64,000 nucleotides of DNA, from the IMG/VR virus record IMGVR_UViG_3300033073_001074, positions 1 through 64,000 of that record. One strand, 5' to 3'. This DNA is from a virus. Lineage: Duplodnaviria; Caudoviricetes. A program made the position numbers and the translations under genes. The first letter of the stretch is position 1. Every line of letters starts with the position of its first letter. Of the stretch, positions 27,852-37,264 are shown piece by piece. The notes beneath the pieces were generated by a model. It saw only the letters and a program-made list of their open reading frames with translations. It was not told the DNA's origin and made no database searches.

Positions 27852-28261
27852 ATATTACAGGACTTGATGGCAAAGGCTACGCTTGGATACCAAGCAACAA
27901 TATCGTCGAAACCACCAAAAGATCTGCACTACATAATAAAGCAAGAGAGTTATTAAAAGAGCGATATCCTAATGATAGAATCCTTGAAGAGTTAGTTTTG
28001 CCCGGAACTAAAACTGCAAATAGAAAGTCAACCTTAAAGGCTGACTTTTTTATTCCAGTTCGCGGACTGGTCGTAGAGGTTCATGGACAACAACACACTG
28101 AGTTTAACAATTTCTTTTTTGCTAATAAAATGGAGTTCTACAAGGCACAGGCTCGCGATAGAGATAAGAAATCTTGGTGCGAATTAAATAATTTTACTCT
28201 AATTGAACTATTTCATGACGAGTCTATTGATCAGTGGAAAGAAAAGATATGGAAGATATAG
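27848..28261 (+). CDS. Vsr/DUF559-like PD-(D/E)XK endonuclease
   Basis: LKADFFIP...VVEVHGQQH...RDRDKKSWCELNNFTLIEL. Confidence 0.75.
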   Translation: MNITGLDGKGYAWIPSNNIVETTKRSALHNKARELLKERYPNDRILEELVLPGTKTANRKSTLKADFFIPVRGLVVEVHGQQHTEFNNFFFANKMEFYKAQARDRDKKSWCELNNFTLIELFHDESIDQWKEKIWKI

Positions 28262-28746
28262 ATGAAAAATATGCCAAATTCCATAAAAATATAGAGGACT
28301 GGATACAAGGCAATCGCATTGATTATGGACTTAATTGCAGTCTTGATGACGCGATTAAAGTTGGTAAAATCATGCATCTACAAGAAGAAGATATTAAAAA
28401 GATGTCTTCGCTAGATTGTCAAGCTGCAATTTTTACTTTGAATAAGTATATGACATATACAAGTTTAATAGTTGCAAGAGAAAAAGCAGCGAAGCAATGG
28501 GCTGAACAAGGTATTTGGTATATTGTAACTGGACAAAAGCATGACAAGTTTGCCAAATGGGAAGAGAAGTATCATTCAGCTCTTAGAAATCACAAGTCCG
28601 GTCTAAAATTATTGATGCTCAAAACTACTGCCGATGCTAGAATATTAGCAGGAGAGGCTCAAATTAAAGGATTTGAACATGCAATGAAAGTATTAGAAAA
28701 TATTGCGAGGAGTAAATCATATGACAGATCTCAAGGAACAAGCTAA
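28249..28746 (+). CDS. helical hypothetical protein (possible UvsY-like mediator)
   Basis: Start ATG 28249; predicted helical; near recA; the functional guess is weak. Confidence 0.45.
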   Translation: MEDIDEKYAKFHKNIEDWIQGNRIDYGLNCSLDDAIKVGKIMHLQEEDIKKMSSLDCQAAIFTLNKYMTYTSLIVAREKAAKQWAEQGIWYIVTGQKHDKFAKWEEKYHSALRNHKSGLKLLMLKTTADARILAGEAQIKGFEHAMKVLENIARSKSYDRSQGTS

Positions 28747-29215
28747 GAGGGTTATAGCTAAGGGCAAAGCTCTAAATGACCCAGAATTAGTTCGTATGGG
28801 ATTAGACATGCTAGACGCTTATAGTGGTGAAATGGAACAAGAGCAGGAGGTAGTAATGCCTATTGCTCCATCCCCTGAAGTTAAAAAGGTTATAACACCA
28901 ATCACTACTGCTGGTAAATTTGATATGGATCAATTTACAATGTCTAAAGCAGGAAGTAATGTTATCGACAAGAGTGGAAAGAAACAACCAATCTTTGTAG
29001 GACAAAGGCAAAATAAATATGTAGATGATGGGGTTGACGCTAAGGATGTGGTAACTCCAAAAGTTCAATTGGTTGAAAGAAGCAGAAAGCCAGCAGAAGC
29101 ATTGAAGGTAGAAATGCAATGTCAAGTATGTGGCAAGAAAGAAAAAATAGTTAGGGATTTTGTATTTACAGAATTTTACCGATGCGGATCTTGTTTATTG
29201 AAAGGAAAATCATGA
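28721..29215 (+). CDS. hypothetical protein with C-terminal zinc ribbon
   Basis: Start ATG 28721 after GAGG; CQVCGK...CGSC. Confidence 0.65.
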   Translation: MTDLKEQAKRVIAKGKALNDPELVRMGLDMLDAYSGEMEQEQEVVMPIAPSPEVKKVITPITTAGKFDMDQFTMSKAGSNVIDKSGKKQPIFVGQRQNKYVDDGVDAKDVVTPKVQLVERSRKPAEALKVEMQCQVCGKKEKIVRDFVFTEFYRCGSCLLKGKS

Positions 29216-29658
29216 GTGCATATTTGAGTTATGAATTGTTTGTCAAGAGGCTAACGGAAACGGCTAAGTTGCCAGATAAAGCAAATTTGTTTGATGCAGG
29301 ACTAGATCTGTATTGTGATGAAAAAGAAGTTGTAAGACTAGCCCCCGGCGAACGCAAGCTGTTCTCCACAGGTATTGCTATGGCGATTCCAAAGGGTTTT
29401 GTGGGCCTTATTTGGCCTAGATCGGGCCATGCGGTTAAAAAGGGACTTGATACAATGGCGGGAGTTATTGACGCTCCATATCGAGGAGAAGTAAAGGTAT
29501 TGCTAATTAATCATAGCGATGAATATCAGTATTACTCACCAGCAGATAAGATTGCTCAGATTATTATTCAGCCAGTTCCAGACTTTACCGCTATAGAAGT
29601 AGAAAATCTCGATGAAACAAGTCGAGGTGACAAGGGATTCGGAAGTTCAGGCCAATGA
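29212..29658 (+). CDS. dut: trimeric dUTPase
   Basis: Start ATG 29212; AGLDL; LFSTGIAMAIP; PRSG; GVIDAPYRGE; DKIAQ; RGDKGFGSSG. Confidence 0.93.
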   Translation: MSAYLSYELFVKRLTETAKLPDKANLFDAGLDLYCDEKEVVRLAPGERKLFSTGIAMAIPKGFVGLIWPRSGHAVKKGLDTMAGVIDAPYRGEVKVLLINHSDEYQYYSPADKIAQIIIQPVPDFTAIEVENLDETSRGDKGFGSSGQ

Positions 29659-29777
29659 GCTGGGTAGACATATTTACTGGATGTTTTATCATTTTTATGG
29701 GTGTCTATTTTTGTGTGCTATTCCATTATCTAAGTGGAAGTAAAATAGGAGATGTAAGTGATAGAACTGATATTTAG
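29655..29777 (+). CDS. small membrane protein (40 aa), not in the ORF track
   Basis: ATGA overlap with dut; MSWVDIFTGCFIIFMGVYFCVLFHYLSGSKIGDVSDRTDI. Confidence 0.5.
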   Translation: MSWVDIFTGCFIIFMGVYFCVLFHYLSGSKIGDVSDRTDI

Positions 29778-29982
29778 TCTAACTTTTATTTGGCTAATCG
29801 GTCTGTTTGTATTCCTTGTTGCATATGATATTTATGCAGTAACCAAAGGAAAGCCAACTGTTAGCTGGGCTGTTTTCGATATTAGTCGTAAATGGCCCAT
29901 AGTACCATTTTTATTTGGATTTTTAGTGGGTGGATTGGCAGGGCATTTTTTCTTTCCAATTCCCATTCCGGTAGGACAATAA
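29758..29982 (+). CDS. two-TM membrane protein
   Basis: GTG start after GGAG; two hydrophobic helices. Confidence 0.6.
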   Translation: MIELIFSLTFIWLIGLFVFLVAYDIYAVTKGKPTVSWAVFDISRKWPIVPFLFGFLVGGLAGHFFFPIPIPVGQ

Positions 29983-29983
29983 T

Positions 29984-30235
29984 ATGCAACAAAAAAGCTA
30001 TACTCAGGCTTTTTATGTAAAAGATAAGAAAATTATACTTGACGATTTGCCAATTGAATTGTATAATAGCGTGAACGAGCAAATACCTGAGTTCTACAGT
30101 AAAATTGACGAAAGGGCTTGGATATCACTTTTTTTTAAAGATGATATAAAGTATTATGTAGTTCTATCAAAAACAAAAGAAGCTGTTGAAGAATTTATGA
30201 ACGCAGTTTTATTTACAGAGCAAATATTAAACTAA
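29984..30235 (+). CDS. hypothetical protein
   Basis: 83 aa with AGGA RBS. Confidence 0.55.
   Translation: MQQKSYTQAFYVKDKKIILDDLPIELYNSVNEQIPEFYSKIDERAWISLFFKDDIKYYVVLSKTKEAVEEFMNAVLFTEQILN
30039..30067 (+). promoter_or_regulatory. near-consensus sigma70 promoter inside a CDS, upstream of the replication operon
   Basis: TTGACG(30039-30044), 17 nt, TATAAT(30062-30067). Confidence 0.6.
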
Positions 30236-30254
30236 AACGAATGAAGGAAAACCA

Positions 30255-30629
30255 ATGGAAGAAGGAATGTATTTACAAGCGTTGATGGTGCAGGATAATA
30301 AATTTTTTGCCGTAGCGCTAGATCCTGAGCAGTATGAGAAGATTGTAGATAAGGATAGACACCACTTTGAGAATATTAAAGAGGGTGAAACTATCATTAT
30401 TGAGATTATCAAGAATGGTGAGGGGTTGTCAAATGAAGTCTATCAAAAAAGTGATGGCGGATTTGCGATTACACCAAACTATGCAGAGGAATTAGTTCCC
30501 AGTAATTCAAAACTCTTTATTCTTGCGTCAAATCAAAAAGTAGCATTAGAAAATTTTTGCAACGGATTAAACTTCGCAGAAAGTTTTATCAATGCATCAA
30601 ATTCAACAGATATTAATTTAAATCTATAA
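30255..30629 (+). CDS. hypothetical acidic protein
   Basis: 124 aa with AGGA RBS. Confidence 0.6.
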   Translation: MEEGMYLQALMVQDNKFFAVALDPEQYEKIVDKDRHHFENIKEGETIIIEIIKNGEGLSNEVYQKSDGGFAITPNYAEELVPSNSKLFILASNQKVALENFCNGLNFAESFINASNSTDINLNL

Positions 30630-30642
30630 GAAAGAGAATATA

Positions 30643-30864
30643 ATGAACACTCTAGCCTTTTTAGCATCATCAGTAGTTAGTCAACTTTTTGTAGTAAATC
30701 CCTATGTTCCAGTTGTAGTACAGCAACCTCAACAAGTTGTTGTGCCTTATGTAGTTCAACAACCTCAATATATTGTTGTTCCACGACCAGTTTATGTACC
30801 AGTGCAGGTTCCGGTTTATCAACCTGTATATTACCCATATCCAATTTACAGAATTTACCCTTGA
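30643..30864 (+). CDS. V/P/Y/Q-rich low-complexity peptide with hydrophobic N-terminus
   Basis: VVVPYVVQQPQYIVVPRPVYVPVQVPVYQPVYYPYPIYRIYP. Confidence 0.6.
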   Translation: MNTLAFLASSVVSQLFVVNPYVPVVVQQPQQVVVPYVVQQPQYIVVPRPVYVPVQVPVYQPVYYPYPIYRIYP

Positions 30865-30874
30865 GGATTATAAA

Positions 30875-31252
30875 ATGAGCGAAAAGAATCCACTAAATGC
30901 ATACAATCATTTTGAAGCAATTAAAAATGCAGTTGCTCAGCTTGAAACAATTCATGTTTATGAAGTAAATGCAAGAACATATGGAGATGCAGATACCCCA
31001 TCTCTTAAAGCAGAAATTGCTGATCTGGATAAGAAAATTCTTGAGTATGAATTGCAATTAGCTGAGCTACAGAGATATACTGAAGAACTAGAAAGAACTA
31101 ATAAAATTCTATTGAATGCAAATAATACTCTTATTGAAATTAATAAAGGTTTGAGTCAAAATCACGAGTCTATTCAAGATACAGCAGAAAGACTTTCTGA
31201 CGCATACAACAAACTGCCGCGAATTGTAAAAAAACTATATGGAGTAAAATAA
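30875..31252 (+). CDS. coiled-coil hypothetical protein
   Basis: Start moved to ATG 30875 after GAGG; heptad-like L/I pattern. Confidence 0.65.
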   Translation: MSEKNPLNAYNHFEAIKNAVAQLETIHVYEVNARTYGDADTPSLKAEIADLDKKILEYELQLAELQRYTEELERTNKILLNANNTLIEINKGLSQNHESIQDTAERLSDAYNKLPRIVKKLYGVK

Positions 31253-31253
31253 A

Positions 31254-32714
31254 ATGAACCAAGCTGTACTTGAAAATTTACCAGTTGAACGAGCAGTCTT
31301 AGCTGGCATTTGCCAGTATGGCTTGGATGTATTTGTAGATATGGATTATGTACAACCTGATTTTTTCTCTCACGAGATTAATCAGGTTATATTTAGCTGT
31401 TTACAAGATATTATACAAAACAATCAAGCTGTTGAACCGCTATCTATTTTTTCTACAGCAAATAAACTTGGCGTATATGAATTAATTAACAAGCAAACTG
31501 AAATGGGATTCATCAGATCCCTATTTAATATGCCTGTAATTAAAGAAAATGTTCCTAAGTTTACAGCCAAACTAGCCAAGTTAAAACTGGCAAGAGATAT
31601 CAAGCGAGCAATTAAAAAATCTGAAAAAGAAATAGATAAGATTACTGGTGACGAAGCGATAGAAGAGATTATTTCTATTGCGGAAAAGCCTATTACCGAT
31701 GTCACTGAAAGTGCTTATACTGAACATTCTAATCAGACTATGCTCGTTGGAGAAAACATAGATGAATATGTTCAATATCTTATTGACAACCCGACTGATT
31801 ATCTTGGTATTCCAACAGGACTGTCTCAATTTGACGAAGCGTGCGGTGGCGGTATTAGAAGAAAATCTATTTGTCTAATCGGTGCTAGAACAGGTGTTGG
31901 CAAGAGTGTTATTTCTACTAATGTCGCACTGCACGTAGCGGGAAAGCTAAATATACCAGTGCTATATTTAGATACAGAAATGGATATCGGCGATCAAAGA
32001 ACTCGTATGCTGGCGAATCTGAGCAATGTTAAAATTAATGATATCGCAAAGGGTAAATTTGCAAATAGTTTTATGGCAAAAGAATCAGTAATTCGTTCAG
32101 CGAAATACCTCAAGACTATCCCATATCACTATATGTCAATTGCTGGTCAACCTTTTGATAACATTCTCAATATTACAAAGCGATGGATTCATCAACACGT
32201 TGGGTTTGACGAGAATGGTAAAACTAAAGATTGCTTATTAATCTATGATTACTTCAAATTAATGAGCAGTGCTGGATTATCCGCAGCTATGCAAGAATAT
32301 CAAGCATTAGGATTTCAAATTACTAAAATGAATGACTTCTGTATTGAATACGATATTCCTTGTTTATCTTTTGTTCAATTAAATCGTGAAGAAGACATTG
32401 CACAATCGGATAGACTATCTTGGCTTGCCACTACGGTTGCAAAGTTTCAAGTAAAAAGTGATGAAGAGATTGCCGATGATGGTGATCAACATGGAAATCG
32501 TAAAATTGTATTCTTAAAGCATCGTCACGGTACAGGCTTGGAGCCGGGTGATTATATTAATGTCAAAATGAACGGTGCTTGTGCTAAACTAGTTGAAGGA
32601 TATACAAGAAATCAATTAAAGAGTGGAGCAGCAAATAATGACCAGCGGAATGAAGACCTCCCATTCGAAGAAGGAGAATATCAGCAGGGAGAAGCTATAT
32701 TCGATATGCAGTGA
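31254..32714 (+). CDS. dnaB: replicative DnaB-type helicase
   Basis: ERAVLAGI N-domain; GIPTGL; Walker A GARTGVGKS; YLDTEM; IYDYFKL; SFVQLNRE; KHRHG. Confidence 0.92.
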   Translation: MNQAVLENLPVERAVLAGICQYGLDVFVDMDYVQPDFFSHEINQVIFSCLQDIIQNNQAVEPLSIFSTANKLGVYELINKQTEMGFIRSLFNMPVIKENVPKFTAKLAKLKLARDIKRAIKKSEKEIDKITGDEAIEEIISIAEKPITDVTESAYTEHSNQTMLVGENIDEYVQYLIDNPTDYLGIPTGLSQFDEACGGGIRRKSICLIGARTGVGKSVISTNVALHVAGKLNIPVLYLDTEMDIGDQRTRMLANLSNVKINDIAKGKFANSFMAKESVIRSAKYLKTIPYHYMSIAGQPFDNILNITKRWIHQHVGFDENGKTKDCLLIYDYFKLMSSAGLSAAMQEYQALGFQITKMNDFCIEYDIPCLSFVQLNREEDIAQSDRLSWLATTVAKFQVKSDEEIADDGDQHGNRKIVFLKHRHGTGLEPGDYINVKMNGACAKLVEGYTRNQLKSGAANNDQRNEDLPFEEGEYQQGEAIFDMQ

Positions 32715-33720
32715 GCTATCGGATAAAATACCATCACTGTTAGATGCGCTCAATATACAATACATGCAGTTCGATAATCGTATAGCATTTTCATGCCCTG
32801 CTCATGGAGGAGATAATCCTGAAGGTTCATGTATCTTTACAGAAGGAAACAAAACCAAAGGAAATTGGGTATGCTGGACGCATTCTTGTGAAAAAGACTA
32901 CGGCAGAAACATTATTGGCTTTGTAAGAGGAGTTTTGTCTCATAGACAAGGCAAAGAAGCAACATTCCACTCTGCTATTAATTATTGTCTATCGTTCTTG
33001 AACAAGACTTTAGTTGATATCAAAGAAGAGAAAATCTCAGAAACTATTTATAATAATAATAAGATGATGGAAATCGTAACTCGTACTCCTGAGCGTATAT
33101 CTTTAAATATACCCAGAGAAAAGATTATTGAATCTTTAGATATTCCATCTAAATATTATATTGATAGAGGATTTAATTCGGAAACATTAAAGGTCTTTGA
33201 TGTTGGAGAGTGCTATAATCCTGATAGACAAATGTATGGTAGAGCAGTTGCACCAATATATGACGAAGATTACAAATACATTGGATGTGTAGGCAGATCT
33301 CTTGATGAAAGTAATAAAAAGTATAAATGGATTAACAGTAAGGGCTTCAAAAAGTCCTGCTATCTATATGGATTATGGATTGCAAAGAAGTTTATACAAC
33401 AGACATCTACTGTTATTCTTGTAGAAGGACAGGGAGATGTATGGAGATTATATGAATCAGGAATAAAAAATTCTTTGGGTATATTTGGTGCAGATCTAAG
33501 CGAAGATCAATTAATTACTCTTGAAGAATTGGGAGCAATGAATGTCGTTATTTTAACAGACAACGACGAAGCTGGGATGAAAGCTGCAAAAGGCATTATA
33601 GATAAAGGCGGAAGACGATTCAACTATTTTGTTCCTAAAATATCAAGCAAAGATATTGGAGACATGACAGTTGAGCAAATCAATACAGAATTAAAACCTC
33701 AAATAGAAGGATTATTTTAA
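32638..33720 (+). CDS. dnaG: DNA primase (zinc finger plus TOPRIM)
   Basis: CPAH...CWTHSC zinc-binding domain; ILVEGQGDV; TDNDEAG; start uncertain (32623/32638/32650; GGAG favours 32638). Confidence 0.88.
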   Translation: MTSGMKTSHSKKENISREKLYSICSELSDKIPSLLDALNIQYMQFDNRIAFSCPAHGGDNPEGSCIFTEGNKTKGNWVCWTHSCEKDYGRNIIGFVRGVLSHRQGKEATFHSAINYCLSFLNKTLVDIKEEKISETIYNNNKMMEIVTRTPERISLNIPREKIIESLDIPSKYYIDRGFNSETLKVFDVGECYNPDRQMYGRAVAPIYDEDYKYIGCVGRSLDESNKKYKWINSKGFKKSCYLYGLWIAKKFIQQTSTVILVEGQGDVWRLYESGIKNSLGIFGADLSEDQLITLEELGAMNVVILTDNDEAGMKAAKGIIDKGGRRFNYFVPKISSKDIGDMTVEQINTELKPQIEGLF

Positions 33721-34541
33721 TGACTCAAATCATTGCATTTAGTGGCAAAAAGCAATCAGGTAAGAATACACTGTCTAATTTTTTGCACGCTTATCAAATG
33801 AAGACTTGGAATATTATTCAAGGTTTTGAAATTAGTGATAAAGGTGAGCTAATTGTAGAAACATTCATGCGTGATGAACGTGGAAAAATCGTAGAAGCAA
33901 AAGGTTTGATGGATGTAACTCGACTAGATATTGAATATGTAGTTTGGGCTATGGATAATATTTGGCCGTATGTGAAGCATTATGCGTTTGCCACTGCATT
34001 GAAAGAAGTTTTGATGAGCGTATTTAATATTGATAAAGATATTCTGTACGGTACAGATGAGCAAAAAAATACTCCTACAAAATATAAGTGGGAAGACATG
34101 CCAACAAAAGTTAAAGGCAAGTCAGGATTCATGACTGCTAGAGAATTCATGCAATATTTTGGAACGGATATTTGTCGTAAGATATATTCAGGTGTGTGGA
34201 TTGATCGTGCAATTAGAGATATCGAAGCTGAACAGTCCAAGTTAGCTATTATTTCTGATGTTAGGTTTGAAGATGAAGTGTTGGCAATACAAAATGCTGG
34301 GGGCAAAGTTATTCGATTAACAAGGTCTCTACCGGGCGAAGATGTTCATGAAAGTGAACTAGCGCTGGATAAATATGAAGGATTTGATGCAGTTATTGAC
34401 AATGCCAATATGACAATAGAAGAATCATGTAAAGCTGTATTAGAAGTGCTTGAAAAGTGGGACTGCTTTGGTGCGCCATTATTGCCAGCCGCTCCAATTA
34501 AAGGCCCAAGAAAGCCAAGCACTACTTCAATTAAGAAATGA
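33720..34541 (+). CDS. deoxynucleoside monophosphate kinase (T4 gp1-like)
   Basis: IIAFSGKKQSGKNT; YAFATALKE; REFMQYFGTDICR; IISDVRFEDE; HESE. Confidence 0.85.
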   Translation: MTQIIAFSGKKQSGKNTLSNFLHAYQMKTWNIIQGFEISDKGELIVETFMRDERGKIVEAKGLMDVTRLDIEYVVWAMDNIWPYVKHYAFATALKEVLMSVFNIDKDILYGTDEQKNTPTKYKWEDMPTKVKGKSGFMTAREFMQYFGTDICRKIYSGVWIDRAIRDIEAEQSKLAIISDVRFEDEVLAIQNAGGKVIRLTRSLPGEDVHESELALDKYEGFDAVIDNANMTIEESCKAVLEVLEKWDCFGAPLLPAAPIKGPRKPSTTSIKK

Positions 34542-35569
34542 TTACTACATATTTTCGTAGCTCATCGTTAAATAATTGGAAGTATTGCGAAATGCAGTAT
34601 TTCCTTACATATGTTCTTGGATGGCAATCTCCGAGTGGAAAAAAAGCAGATCTAGGAACTATTACTCATGCGGTGTTTGAAACATTAGCAATCTGCAAAA
34701 AGAGAACACAGTTTAATAAAAGAAATACAATGAAAGTCACTCAAGAACCTTTGGGTGACTTCTCTTTTACCTATGACCAATTATATACTGATGAGTTTGT
34801 TAATTACGTTTTAGGTAGAAGTTTTGATTATTACAAAGCAAACTGTACTCATAACACTTTTAATCAAAAAGATTATGAATTTTGTTATAAAATGGTGTGG
34901 GATACGCTGCACTATAACAAAGGCCAATTCGATCCTAGAAATAGAAAAGTAATTGACACAGAACCTCACTTTGACATTCCAATTAAAGAACCTTGGGCTA
35001 AATTTAGTTTTACAGGTCCGGATGGAAAAGAAATCTCTGGAAATCTTGCGATTAAAGGGACGATTGACCTTGTAACTGAACTTCCAGATGGTACAATAGA
35101 GGTAATCGACTGGAAGACTGGACAGAGGTTGGATTGGGCTACGGGCGAAAAGAAGGACTATGAAAAGCTAATGCAAGATGTGCAACTATTACTGTATCAC
35201 TATGCTATTGGCAAGTTATATCCTCAGCATCGTCATGCATTGATGACAATTTTCTTCTGTCGGGATGGTGGCCCATTCAGTCTTGCGTTTGACGAAGAAG
35301 ATGATAAAAATTTCCTTAAGACACTTGAAAAAATGTTTAAGGAGATTACAATAAATCAGAAACCTCGTCCTGTTTCTCGTGATCGTAAAAATTTCAAGTG
35401 TGAAAAACTTTGTCATTTTTACAAGACAAATTGGCCCAACACAGAAAAAACAATGTGTCATCATATTGAAGAACAATTACATACTATTGGAATGACTAAA
35501 ACAGTTGCAGAATGTTCCAGACCCGGATTCGTGATTGGAACATATAAAGACCCCGGAGCAGTAGAATGA
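34538..35569 (+). CDS. Cas4/RecB-like PD-(D/E)XK exonuclease with possible Fe-S cysteines
   Basis: SSLNNWKYC; GTITH; TEPHF; KGTIDLV...VIDWKTG; QLLLYH; CEKLC...C. Confidence 0.85.
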   Translation: MITTYFRSSSLNNWKYCEMQYFLTYVLGWQSPSGKKADLGTITHAVFETLAICKKRTQFNKRNTMKVTQEPLGDFSFTYDQLYTDEFVNYVLGRSFDYYKANCTHNTFNQKDYEFCYKMVWDTLHYNKGQFDPRNRKVIDTEPHFDIPIKEPWAKFSFTGPDGKEISGNLAIKGTIDLVTELPDGTIEVIDWKTGQRLDWATGEKKDYEKLMQDVQLLLYHYAIGKLYPQHRHALMTIFFCRDGGPFSLAFDEEDDKNFLKTLEKMFKEITINQKPRPVSRDRKNFKCEKLCHFYKTNWPNTEKTMCHHIEEQLHTIGMTKTVAECSRPGFVIGTYKDPGAVE

Positions 35570-37059
35570 TAATACCAGCAATTACAACTCACTACTCTTT
35601 ATTGCGTGGATTCATCAAACCCGATGAAGCTGCCAAAAAGTGTAAAGAACTTGGATATACGCATTGCTTACTTGCTGATACATCCTTAAGTGGAGTTGTA
35701 GAATTTTTTAGCTGTATGAAAAAAGAAGGTATAGTCCCCATCGTTGGTTGGAAAGCTGACGGTGGGCATTATATCGCTAAAACTTTAGCTGGATATAAAA
35801 TGCTTATCAGGCTTGTATCTGGTGAAAATATTATCTATACAGATAAAGATTTACAGTTCTATAAAGATGGAGAACTGGGATTAATGGAGGTTTGTTATGC
35901 AAATCAGGAAGATGCTATTCTTCATAGGATCATTCTTTGTTCAGGCTTAAAGACAACATTAAAAAAAGCGAAAGACATTGATCTTGGTGAACTTAAGAAA
36001 TACTTTGATTCAGACCATTTCTTTTTTTATTCTAATGATGGGATTGTTTTACAAACTAATCAGGTTCAAGCAAATGACAAATTAGTATCTGAGCTTCAAG
36101 ATTATACTATCTTCTCTAAGCCTAAACTTCCTGTAGTGGACTGCAAAGGAAAAACAGAAGAGGAGTATATTACTCAACTTTGTCGCGAAGGATGGCAGAA
36201 GAAGTTTATGCACCTTAAAGGTGAAAAGAAGCAAGAATATGCAGACCGTGTAAAATATGAGCTTTCTATTATCAATGGATTCGGTCTTGCTGGATATTTC
36301 TTAATCGTGCAAGATATTATTGCATATGTTAGAAATAATGGTTGGTTGCCGGGTCCGGGCCGTGGATCTGCGGGAGGTTGTCTTGTATCTTATCTTTTGG
36401 GCATTACAGAAATTGATCCAGTAAAATACGATCTTTTATTCTCAAGATTCTTGAATTCTGGACGATTTAGCAAAGACAATATTTCACTTCCTGATATTGA
36501 CATGGACGTTCCATCAAATCACAGAGATGAGATTATCGAATACTTAAAGAATAAGTATGGACACAATCGTGTATTCCAGATGATTACTTTTGGGCGATTG
36601 CAGGGACGATCAGTTATCAAAGAAGTGGCTCGTGTATATGCGGATTTATCTTTCTCAGAACTCAATGAGATTACTGAAAGTTTGCCGCCAGAAGCAAGCA
36701 TTTCTGATGAACTAGAAGAAATGGATGTTAAGTCTGTTATTATCTGGACTCTTGAAAACAAACCTGATAAACTAGCTAAATGGTGCAAATTGGTCAATGG
36801 AAAATTGACTGGTGAGTTGTCAGATATGTTCGATCTTGCTATAAGAATAGAAGGAACTTTTAAGAGTCATGGAAAACATCCGGCTGGAGTAATTATTTCT
36901 AATGATGATCTCATTAACGATGCTCCTCTAATTAAAGATAAAGATGGCAACCCTATTGTGTCATTTGAAATGCATGACTTGGATAAAGTGGGACTAACAA
37001 AGTTTGATGTCCTTGGAGTTAATCTTTTGGATAAAATTATGGAAATTACAAATGAATGA
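35566..37059 (+). CDS. dnaE: DNA polymerase III alpha, N-terminal half (degenerate PHP plus palm)
   Basis: YFLIVQDII; GPGRGSAGGCLVSYLLGITEIDPVKYDLLFSRFLN; PDIDMD; HPAGVII; GLTKFDVLG, then stop. Confidence 0.9.
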   Translation: MIIPAITTHYSLLRGFIKPDEAAKKCKELGYTHCLLADTSLSGVVEFFSCMKKEGIVPIVGWKADGGHYIAKTLAGYKMLIRLVSGENIIYTDKDLQFYKDGELGLMEVCYANQEDAILHRIILCSGLKTTLKKAKDIDLGELKKYFDSDHFFFYSNDGIVLQTNQVQANDKLVSELQDYTIFSKPKLPVVDCKGKTEEEYITQLCREGWQKKFMHLKGEKKQEYADRVKYELSIINGFGLAGYFLIVQDIIAYVRNNGWLPGPGRGSAGGCLVSYLLGITEIDPVKYDLLFSRFLNSGRFSKDNISLPDIDMDVPSNHRDEIIEYLKNKYGHNRVFQMITFGRLQGRSVIKEVARVYADLSFSELNEITESLPPEASISDELEEMDVKSVIIWTLENKPDKLAKWCKLVNGKLTGELSDMFDLAIRIEGTFKSHGKHPAGVIISNDDLINDAPLIKDKDGNPIVSFEMHDLDKVGLTKFDVLGVNLLDKIMEITNE

Positions 37060-37264
37060 TAAATTTTTAGATTACGCAACTGTTATTAGAGACGGTAATG
37101 ATATTGACTATAAAGATATTTCTTTGTCCGATCTGAGGAATCATGTTCCTTGGTATCGCGGAAAAAAGAATGGAGTTTATCAAGTTCATAGTAATTCTTT
37201 CTCTAAAATATATTACGACCTAAACGAAGCTATTGCAAAATTCTTAGAATTGAAGGGGAAATAA
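37052..37264 (+). CDS. hypothetical protein between the dnaE halves
   Basis: Start ATG 37052 overlapping the dnaE-N stop. Confidence 0.6.
   Translation: MNDKFLDYATVIRDGNDIDYKDISLSDLRNHVPWYRGKKNGVYQVHSNSFSKIYYDLNEAIAKFLELKGK

Noticed and set aside
29460-29495. dUTPase motif III variant GVIDAPYRGE as a sign of altered specificity
   Set aside because: The catalytic Asp and the Tyr are retained and the changed position is variable in the family
34538-35569. CRISPR-Cas locus suggested by the Cas4-like gene
   Set aside because: No repeat-spacer array or other cas genes in the window; solo Cas4-like nucleases are common in phages
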